From positions 1 to 38,204 of the forward strand of contig JASJQH010000049.1 in NCBI GenBank assembly GCA_040143965.1: a stretch of DNA of 38,204 bases, in the 5' to 3' direction. Of the stretch, positions 1-14,122 are shown one piece after another. The notes under the pieces were generated by a model. That model was not told where the DNA came from. It made no database searches and saw only the letters and a program-made list of their open reading frames with translations. The translations under genes were made by a program, and so were the position numbers. Every line of letters starts with the position of its first letter. Positions within the stretch are counted from its first letter, which is position 1. Source of the stretch: Basidiobolus ranarum. Its lineage: Eukaryota.

Positions 1-2
1 CA

Positions 3-305
3 AAAGAAGCAATATGGTTAAGAAAACTCTTAACATATTTGAGTTATTCTCAAAATTCACCAACTACATTATTTCTAGATAATCAAAGTTGTATCAAATT
101 AGCTAAAAATCCCATGTTTCATAATAGAAGCAAACATATAGGTATTAAGCATCACTTCATTAGAGAGACTATAGAGAATAAGTTTATTGACTTAACTTAT
201 TGTGCTACAGAAGATATGATTGCTGATATATCAACCAAATCATTAGCTAGACAGAAATTTGAGAAATTTAGACCTTTATTAGGATTAGTTTATGTGACTA
301 TTTAG
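3..305 (+). mobile_element. Ty1/Copia retrotransposon pol, C-terminal RNase H (truncated by window start)
   Basis: Open frame from base 3 reads KEAIWLRKLL...LFLDNQSCIKLAKNPMFHNRSKHIGIKHHFIRE...TEDMIADISTKSL. This matches the Copia RNase H motifs EAIWL, DN.S, RSKHI(D) and AD.(F)TK.L. Directly followed by PPT and LTR. Confidence 0.95.
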
Positions 306-316
306 TTGAGGGAGAG
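306..316 (+). mobile_element. Polypurine tract (PPT) of the Copia element
   Basis: TTGAGGGAGAG lies between the pol stop codon and the TG start of the LTR. Confidence 0.85.
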
Positions 317-664
317 TGTTGAAAATAGCATTGCCTAAACACCTATATAGTCATATATAGCTTAGTACTTAGTTATCTTATAATTTACTAAGATATTATC
401 AATTATTATCAATGGGAATTTACTTAAAATATTTCTGCCAACTTAGAAGTTCTCAGATATATAGATTTTTCAAACTTGTGCTAGAAGCCCAAAACTCTGC
501 ACACATGTTCCTGGGAGCTTCCTTAACATATTCTACATGTTAGTTTGCTTACATCTTGACAAAACTATAAATGTCAACTTTCTACTCAATAAATCAGTGG
601 GTGAAAACCACCAATTCCTCTAATTCTCCCAACCACTACCAACAGGCTCCCAAATACTTTAACA
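317..664 (+). mobile_element. 3' LTR of the Copia element (~348 bp)
   Basis: Starts TGTTGAA right after the PPT and ends TTTAACA (TG...CA with short terminal inverted repeat). The 3' boundary coincides with the end of homology to the inverted copy at 952. Confidence 0.9.
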
Positions 665-951
665 GCAATCACACAAAATGTTACTTTTCTTCTTAAAGTG
701 CCTTTGACTACAATAGGTAAATTTCCCACAACCAATTAATGCATTTTCTTCATTCTTTTAGCTGAATCCTGTTTTACATAAATTTTCATCCAGGAGTGTG
801 CCAAATTTATAATTTAGTGTAGAGTTTTCAGTACTAGATTCTAGAGCCTTTACTAGTCTCTGAAACTTGTGTGGCAGACTATTCAAGACTATTGCTATGA
901 TAGGCTGATCAAAGGTAGGTACTCCAATGCATTCCATTTCTTCCACTAATA
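665..951 (-). mobile_element. Degenerate Copia gag fragment
   Basis: LVEEMECIGVP...IIAIVLNSLPHKFQRLVKALES...LLDE resembles the Copia gag UBN2-type 'L.SLP..Y..LV.ALE' motif. After an in-frame stop it continues KNEENALI...ILCDC, possibly the start of a zinc knuckle. Cut at both ends by LTR termini. Confidence 0.75.
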
Positions 952-1230
952 TGTTGAAGTATTTGGCAGCATGCTAGAAGTGGCTAGGAGAGTGAAAGGA
1001 GTTGGTGGTTCTCACTTATTGATTTATTGAGTAGAGAGTTGACATTTATAGTCTTGTCAAGATTTAAGCAAACTAATGCATAAGATGTGCTGAGGAAGGT
1101 CCCAGCAACATATGTGCAAAGCTTCAGGCTTCTAGCACAAGTTTGAAAAATCTATATATCTGAGAACTTCTAAGCAGGTAAAAATATTCCAAGTGAATCA
1201 CAATTGAGAGTAATGGGTAATATCTTAGTG
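952..1230 (-). mobile_element. Second LTR copy of the same family, inverted and 5'-truncated
   Basis: Reverse complement aligns with ~386-664 (roughly 80% identity by eye), including an identical ~48-bp core CTTAGAAGTTCTCAGATATATAGATTTTTCAAACTTGTGCTAGAAGCC. Ends TTCAACA. Confidence 0.9.
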
Positions 1231-1715
1231 AACAACTTTGTTGATGTATAGACATATTATACAAAGGTTTGAATTACATATCTACTTCAATATATGGGAT
1301 CTTAACTACTAACCTAGTGAGAGTATTGTGTTAAGCATCTCAGCTTTCATATAGCTTGCTGAATGTGTTTTTTACTGAAGATTTCTCCAGTCAAAAAGGA
1401 GCCATCAAATTTGATAATGAAAAGACTTTGTAAGGAATATTGTGACAAGCAAATTTATCACTTGTTGGCATTGCATGACCATCACCTAGATATTATACAC
1501 TTGGAGTCCATGGAAGGTAGTGTCTCAATTTGGATATGATAAACATTAGGGTGGTACTGGTGGCTAACAAAATGATTTGTAGATATATTTGGCTATGCAT
1601 GTGGTTTATGAATGCCGCACATGATCATGCTGACAAATGAAATTTCAACGTTGTCATGGTTATATTGAACTTGGGTTTATCAAGTGCAGAGAGCTGAGCA
1701 TAAGCTTGAAAGAAA

Positions 1716-2902
1716 ATGGTGCAAACAAGCGATATGCCTTTGCTTCGGCTAAAGGGAGAGCTTCGACAGGTAGATGTAGAGAATGAGATAGAAGCAATTC
1801 ACGAATGGCTAAAAAAATATTCTCATCGTTTACCAATATTATTGGGTTTAGTAAGACGAGATATAGCTAAGCAGTCCAGACCAGTGTATTTCACTACCTT
1901 CAAAACCTTTGACCATCTTGAAAGAGAATTGGGTCTTGTGGTCAGAATAAGTAAACAAGTAAACTTTGTAGTCACTTCAGAGATAACTCTTAGACAAGCG
2001 CCTAGAACCGAAACTGGCTTTTTGTTGGCTGAGCATCAAAGGTTATTTGACGAGAGTGTGAAGTTATTGGAAAAGACTTTTGAAACTTTAAACTTAAAGG
2101 TGGGAGGTAAGTGTGGTCTCTTTGGTTAGTCGCCTTAGCTCTTTTGTATTGAAGGGATTTCTCTTGCAGAGGAGGTTTTTATCGGAGGTTTAGACTGTAT
2201 GTGGAAGCCCACCGTGTGGAAATATACCACTCCGATATTCGATACTCCCTGTAACCTGTACTCCCTCTCGTGGAAAAGTTTCCTTGAAAAGTATGGAAAC
2301 CTTAGTGACGATAATCTCAATTTTGACCGGGAGAAATATGAACTTGGTCAGGTCTTGAGCACTGACTTGGATTTGGTAAAAGGAGGAACTTTTGTTTTCG
2401 GTGGAATTATTATTAATCATTTGTATTGTTCTCTGTTGCTTTCTATTGCTGTAGGTACTTGAGCATAATAAAATCAAGTATGACCAAGAATATTTACTGA
2501 GCTGCCTCGAGTTCTCCCGGTGTTTGAGATCCAAGGAAACTGGTACTCTAGTTGCGTGGTCATTGACTCATGACAATTGTAGGTAACCGGAATGAACATC
2601 AGATCACTTTCAACCTCTAACTAGACCTCTCTTTGGCAGACTCTATCTCTTCTCTTCACGCACTCCCATCTACACGTCGACAGGGTCTGGCCACCGTAGT
2701 ATTAACTTCGTGGCTACATGGACTTTTGCAATATTATCGAGAGAACTTCGATCCTGATACAGTGTCCATAGAAAATAGAATATTTCATTCGACTATGGAA
2801 GTGTGGAATGAAGTTTCGGTTAATTTCTTTACTAGATATGGCTTTCAGCCACTTAGCATTGTCACCTGGACAATGGTTTCGGGGCGTGCATCCCAGGAGT
2901 AG
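1716..2902 (+). CDS. GNAT-family (FR47-like) N-acyltransferase, 4 exons, ~327 aa
   Basis: Exons 1716-2106, 2170-2375, 2455-2578 and 2640-2902 join in frame across GT-AG introns. The C-terminus LVAWSLTHDNYSISSLHALPSTRRQGLATVVL...NEVSVNFFTRYGF carries GNAT motif A (R-R-Q-G-L-A) and motif B (N..S..FF...GF). Confidence 0.8.
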
Positions 2903-3073
2903 TAGAATATTGATTAAAGACCAGCATATTAACTAATCTGTTTATTGTTTTGTTTAAGTACACTAGCAACGGCATTTGATGGATTCAGAATATATGTACA
3001 TGGTTTCTTTCTTTCAGTAGACAAGAAAGGAGGGTTTGTAGTATACAACAGGTTAACCTGAACCCACGATAGT

Positions 3074-4216
3074 TCATTTGGTATATTTGAATAAAAGCAA
3101 CGTGATGACCGCACCTATACCTACACCACTACCAAGAACCTGCCAAGACTTCCAATTATTCTCAACTTGCCATTTCTCCTTTTCCTCTTCAATATGGTGA
3201 ATTAACTGATTTCTCAACTCCACCATCTCAACCTTCCATTGATCCACACTGGCTTGCAGTAACACCCACTTTACTTTCTCTTTGTTGGCTTCTTTGCTCA
3301 TCTTATCCGCCAACATGGACATTTCTTTCTCTAGATTTTGAGTGAGAGACATTTGATGGCTATTCAACGTTTCGTCCAGATCCATCTGAAAGTTCACATT
3401 GTGATCCTGTAAGTTGAGTGTCAATTCCTGATGGAAACGTGTTTGTTGTTCGTACAAGCGAGCCTGAAAATCATGGATAAGAATTTGACGCTCTTCCTCG
3501 AGACGTCGGCGGAGTATACGATCGATTTCTTCGGAATTTAGTTCTTTTAGAGATGGAGGCAGTGTATGACTACGGGGTGTATGACTAGCAATTTTCTCAT
3601 TGAGCACCTGTTTGTCAAAGAATAGCTGATTTGGTGTTGGTGAAGTAACGTAAGATAGACCGCTCTCTTGTTTCTCGTAACTGCTTGGTTTGTCGCTCCT
3701 GAGCTGAGGTCTAGGGGATGGCGGGGATCCGTAAGGTATTGGCTCTTCATAAAGCACTGTGGTATCGGGTTCCGATGGACTAGAAACGGAGCCTCGATCA
3801 GAGATCATATCCGAAGGTTCAGTGGAAGGCACAGTTTGAGATCTATTTTTCGCAGTAACTAGAAGGAAGTGTTAGTGAAAATAGATTAAATGCAAATGAC
3901 AGTTAATAAGTTTACCTCTTCGTTTTTTCTCTATCTCAAGAGCATCAATTAAGGTACGACTCCATCTTGGATTGATTGAGGTCATCTTGAAATCGTCCAA
4001 TTTAAGTTTGACAAATTTTTTCCCATCTGTATGATTTTTACTAAGAAATTCGTTGATTTGCTTGGCGCCATCCGGGGGTAATAATGAGACGCCGTTAACA
4101 AAATGTCGGATATCTTTGGCAGACCATTTCACCATCGGTGCTGGGCAGGTCGGCCACTTTCCCTCGGTTATGCTGGGGTTGTGGGCCTCGTCTCGATACG
4201 TTGTGGTTTTTATCAT
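3074..4216 (-). CDS. Hypothetical protein: N-terminal SAM-like domain, S/P-rich linker, coiled coil, C-terminal tail anchor; 2 exons, ~361 aa
   Basis: Exons 4216-3916 and 3858-3074 join in frame (intron GTAAAC...CTAAC...TTCTAG). The N-terminus KWSAKDIRHFV...FLSKNHTDGKKFVKLKLDDFKMTSI fits the SAM pattern. It has an E/Q/L-rich heptad region and ends WQVLGSGVGIGAVITLLLFKYTK. TATATAAA lies ~40 bp upstream of the ATG. Confidence 0.75.
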
Positions 4217-4589
4217 TGGGGATGGGGGTGTTGAAGTGTGTTGGGAAGGGGCTCTTTATATACAGACTCTGCGCAGTCGAAACAATGATGTGGTGGGAAG
4301 TGAAGTGTAAGGCGTATGCTATGACGGTGAGTTTGTTCGATCCATGGACATTTGATGGCTTATGTAGTTCAATTCACCTTACGGGTCTGCAATCGGGTAT
4401 TGAATCGCCTGCACTGCATAAAATGAAGTCACTTCCTGATTGGCCTAGACTCGGGTGCACATTAATTGGAATGTCTGGATTCTCTAAGTGCTAGTTCATG
4501 ATCGTGATAGCAGGTGATACAAGCAGTCGTATTTGGGCTGCACACGGGTCTCGCTCTAAAACATTACTTGGATGTCTCAGTGGATACCT

Positions 4590-4674
4590 ACAAGCCTAGA
4601 CTTACTTTGTTACTCTAATTACTCCACAAGCTAAGACTTACTTTGTTACTCTAATTACTCCACAAGCTAAGACT
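4590..4674. repeat. 36-bp tandem repeat, ~2.4 copies
   Basis: ACAAGC(CT/TA)AGACTTACTTTGTTACTCTAATTACTCC at 4590-4625 and 4626-4661, with a partial copy at 4662-4674. Confidence 0.9.
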
Positions 4675-4698
4675 AAACTACAATCCTAACTTGCTTCT

Positions 4699-4800
4699 CT
4701 AGGCGATATATAAACCACAGCGGACTTGTTAAGCTTAACGTTTGACTAGGCTATATATAAATCACTGCGGACTTGTTAACTAAGCGATATATAAACCACA
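4699..4800 (+). repeat. Three copies of a ~34-bp unit containing ATATATAAA
   Basis: CTAGGCGATATATAAACCACAGCGGACTTGTTAA (4699-4732), CTAGGCTATATATAAATCACTGCGGACTTGTTAA (4746-4779) and CTAAGCGATATATAAACCACA (4780-4800). Confidence 0.85.
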
Positions 4801-5001
4801 ACCGCTAGTCTAACTAGCTCATAGTGAGGTTTCAAGTCAGAGTTTGACAGTTTTGTGGCGCTTCCAACCAAAAAGAAACACTCAAACTAATTACGGTGTT
4901 TCAGGTGTGCCACACAAACTGAGAAACAGTACATAAAATATCGGATCGTATCGTTGAGGAAATCCACTTTCCTTTCGTTAACACCTCCTATTAGCGTGAT
5001 C

Positions 5002-5469
5002 ATGATTAAGGCTACACAAATCCATTATGAACATCATCACTTCAAATCTCTCGATTCAGTTCGTGTGCCTAAAACCCATTTATTTAGCAACGCCGAACTC
5101 GAAGCATTTGGGTTGGCAACGGAATTTACCAGTATAGATACGCTACACACCCCTGCTACTCCTGAAAAGGCTGTCCTCCTTGAACGGATTCTGCCACCAG
5201 AGCACTTTGGCCAATCGATAACTGAGGTGGCATCGGATTTGCCTCTACCAGAGAAGTCTCTTTGTTACTTCTCCATCAACAAAGATAGTCGTACACTCAT
5301 CTGGCCGTTGGATAGTGTTATCAGGGAAACGAACCTTGAGGATGCAAGAAGGAAGATGAGAATGGTCCCCAGTTTTGAGCACATGTTGGTTAACGGGTTC
5401 GTTAGTGAAAATGGTCAACGGGAGATGACTGTCACGTTTTCCATTACTCCGCCCATTGTTAGGTCCTGA
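5002..5469 (+). CDS. Small hypothetical protein A (155 aa) with a C-terminal domain shared with 6462-6803
   Basis: Intronless ORF from the first ATG (5002). C-terminus RETNLEDARRKMRMVPSFEHMLVNGFVSENGQREMTVTFSITPPIVRS is homologous to the neighbouring ORF, which supports both being coding. Confidence 0.8.
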   Translation: MIKATQIHYEHHHFKSLDSVRVPKTHLFSNAELEAFGLATEFTSIDTLHTPATPEKAVLLERILPPEHFGQSITEVASDLPLPEKSLCYFSINKDSRTLIWPLDSVIRETNLEDARRKMRMVPSFEHMLVNGFVSENGQREMTVTFSITPPIVRS

Positions 5470-6461
5470 CACCTGGGCTCATCTTTAATAATAGTATACG
5501 ACTCTGCTTTAACCGTTAACCCTATGCATTGCTAGACAGAAAAAATATCTAGATTTCATTCAATAAATGAGTATATTAATGAACTAATTTAGCCGCAAAT
5601 GCGAGATTTCTTGATTCGGTTGTCGGTGGCACTAAATTTTTCTATTTCAGTTTATATTCTCTATGCTATATATCTCTCACTTGTATGTGCTTCCACAAGT
5701 ATCATGTATGTTAGAGCTTTGCGATGTACCGAGCACTTAGCTACCAATTGTCACTTTTCCAGTGACGATGGAGGGTAGAAAGGTAAAGGTGTTGCTTCTT
5801 CTGTAAGCTATGAGTTATGGCTACGTTTCTGAGGTGATTTCAACGCCTACAGTTAATATGGATGGTCTAATACATTATTGGAATATACTTAGGGTTAGTA
5901 AGCCAAGTCTACCCCATATTAATACTTACTAACACCTCTCGTCAATGTAAAGTCAAGGTTCAGCATTCCAGAGACCATCTATTTAAGAAATTCTTCATCA
6001 GCTAAAACGCCATACATCACCGATCCAACTTCAATTGCCCGGTAAAAGCACTTTCCTTCTTCACTTTATGATAATTCCAGATCACTTGAAAGTACCGCAA
6101 ATCAACACTCGAATAAGTATCGGAAAAATGAGGATCTAGATGATCTATCTTACCAGTGTCGATAGTGAGGTCATCTTGCATTTTTCAAAGCAATCCACAT
6201 TCCCCGGTGGGTTTCGGCACTAGATACTCCGCATGTTTGTTGGCTATAATGGCTGTGGGTGCTCTATGGTTATAATGGCTGTTTATTGATTCGTTATGGA
6301 ACAAGACTGAACATTCTATATAGGAAGTGGATAAATATTTGCAACATGAAAATTTTACATCTAAGAAGAACATAGTGAGTATACAACAAAATAGTGAAAA
6401 GTGTAGACAATCTTTGTAAATACAGTGGTTCAGAACTCCAACCATTCAGCTCAGCTCAGCT

Positions 6462-6803
6462 TCAACTATCAGTGTAGTCTCGTGCTAAGATAGGAGTCAA
6501 TGAGAACCGGACAGTAGGCTCACGATATCCAGTCTTCACATCAACCAAAAATCCATTCTCTATCATATCATCGAAGTCATAGACTGATTTGAGTTTCTTC
6601 AAGGCCAGGAGCAGCTCATTAGTCCCTCTACGTTCCAACTCTTCCTGCTCCCGAGCACGTCTCTCGGCGCGAAGATTTTTGAACGTTGCTTTATGGGCTA
6701 GCTTACGTAGATGCGTAGTAAAACTAGTTGTGGAGGAGTTGTTACGCAAAGTTGGTGCTGGAACTAACGCTGAGGTATGGGCTGGTGATGAGGATGGAAA
6801 CAT
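6462..6803 (-). CDS. Small hypothetical protein B (113 aa), paralog of 5002-5469
   Basis: Intronless ORF from ATG 6803. C-terminus RGTNELLLALKKLKSVYDFDDMIENGFLVDVKTGYREPTVRFSLTPILARDYTDS. A TATAAG lies ~90 bp upstream. Confidence 0.8.
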   Translation of the reverse strand: MFPSSSPAHTSALVPAPTLRNNSSTTSFTTHLRKLAHKATFKNLRAERRAREQEELERRGTNELLLALKKLKSVYDFDDMIENGFLVDVKTGYREPTVRFSLTPILARDYTDS

Positions 6804-8618
6804 AGCTGCGACGACCAAAGCTACTATATACAAGAATTATAGAAAGAAAGTTTAAGTGCGTATTGTACCAACTTGTTCCGAGTCAGTTACTTATAAGGAG
6901 GACCGGCCCCCATCAGCAGGCAAAACAATGGAGAGGATAGATATGATCACACAGGTTGTCAACAAGTAATTAATAACGTGGCTGAGTGAATCGTGTGTTT
7001 ACTAGGCTACACAAGTTCTAGTCAAAGTTCTTAGTCGGCAGATTTCATTAACATCAATAGCCATTTAAGATACTTTTAATGGTGATGATGAGAATAACAT
7101 ATGTGGTGGAACATCAAATAGATGAGTTTCATAGCTCCAACAAGAATATCGCCCTAATCCTGCTGCATCAGGTGTGCTCCAGGTACAACTGGTGGGTGTC
7201 GTTAGGTGAGAAAAAAATTCATGTCTAGGCATTATTGTTATAACAATGGAGCTTTAATTGGCTTAAGGTTTTGCATAAAGTTACCAAGCGTTGATGTTGC
7301 CTAGAGTCACTAGCATGATGGTTTTTATTAAAATCAATGTTGTCAAGGGCAGATCCTTTTCTAGTGGTTCGTCATCAACATCACAAATACAGACAAATAA
7401 CCTCCACTTTACCAGAAATGGTGCAAGTGTTATCCGTAGCTGGTGGGGCGTCTTCTGGAATCATCTAGACTTGGATGTGAAGGGGCATTTAGCTGAGTGA
7501 CGACCACTGCTTTGAGTAAGATGTCTCCGATAGTCTTTTCTGAGGCCACTTTAGCGTTGATGAAGAGAATGCCTCGAAACCATGTGCTATGCAATGACCC
7601 TGAGCGTGCTGAACTCCTTTGTTTCCGCCGTCAAACTGTAAGTGATTAATCCATGCAGAGTTCACATTCTACCCCACCTTTGACATGCATCTGATGGGTA
7701 GGTGGAAGCTGGGGAGCACCATTTATACCATTCTCCTTTGAAGTGATTACCTCGATTTACTAAGCATTTAGCATTAATGCAGATTTTGGTTCGAACGTGT
7801 TGGAGTTGTTTAAATCAATATGGTCGGCATATAGTCACCCTCAACAACTGGCACAAACAAAGGCTGGATCAGCTTATTTATCAGTTGTATATGAACTTCC
7901 AGTATGAAACACTCTTGAAAGTCAACGTTGTTTAATCATTTTACAAGTAGAAAGAGGGCTGGGTTCTCATTGAAAACAACATCCCATCCATATGCTAAAG
8001 CGCCCATAAGGTAGTTATTGAATAATGTAGAATAAACAAATCAATATAAATTTCATAATAAGCCATCAAAACGGGGGGTATTGCTTCAATAAATCCGACC
8101 AAATCATCTCTGAATGTACTAGCAGTAAACTCTCTTGTTTCTAAACTAAGCTACACTGTCCTCTCTTGATTTTTATTGGTTTTTAATTTATTATATTTCA
8201 TAATCAACAGGAAACACTCGACGATATCCTTCTCTCTTTGGTAACACCTACTACACTGCAAGGGTTTCTTAACCATTAGTTCTTTCTTCAAATATTTCCA
8301 CGCTGATTTGGAAGTTGATTTCCTATCTACCCTTTTCGTTTTCAGCATCTTCAGCTTTACTATTGGAGATCTGTAGGAGGAATTCCTTTCAGTGTTTCAC
8401 CTTGGGTGATTTTCTTTTCAAACGACTATAAGAACTATCTTCAAGTCCTTCGTACTTGGAACGTGGGTGTTTTTTTTACATATCGATGTGCATGACCTGG
8501 TATATTTCACTTATCAAGTCGCAGAATCACTTCCCCTTCAAACTGAAAACCTAACTTGATAATAGCTTTAGTTGCTTAGATTCTACTTGCTCTTAGACAC
8601 TTGAGTAACCTACGTAAT

Positions 8619-13838
<5,220 letters not shown>

Positions 13839-14122
13839 CTATCCTTTCACTATGTTAATGGAGAAGGTATTTTCTTCCTTTTACAATAGAAATATTAAAG
13901 ATGTTTAAAAGTCACTCAATTGTTAAATGAAAATCTATTCCTATACTATCTAAACTACCTGGTTTTGAGGAGAAAGGGATGAAGGGAGTGCAAATGAAAG
14001 TTAAAGGTAAATTAGATGAAGTTAAGCAAGTTTAAAGAAAATCGGAATTCAGTAAGCAAATAGTATATTATATATAACTCGTCTTGTTTCGTTTCGTTTC
14101 CTTTCCTTTCATCACGTACTCT

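Noticed and set aside
1264-1335. Frame reading GILTTNLVRVL, resembling YAK1 GLSTNLVRVF
   Set aside because: Similarity is limited to about six residues with no flanking kinase motifs; most likely chance.
4285-4350. GTTCGATCC B-box-like motif suggesting a tRNA
   Set aside because: No acceptor stem or cloverleaf could be formed; GGTTCGAA near 7788 fails the same way.
4590-4800. Short repeats resembling a CRISPR array
   Set aside because: Units are directly tandem or have one short gap, with no unique spacers or cas genes, in a eukaryotic context.
4200-5020. Divergent genes both begin MIK(T/A)T
   Set aside because: No similarity beyond five residues and no inverted repeat seen around the starts.
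7080-7700. Protein-like stretches on the minus strand (GILFINAKVASEKTIGDILLKAVVV) after a possible acceptor
   Set aside because: Frames are broken by stops and match no family I recognise; a relic gene is possible but unsupported without tBLASTx.
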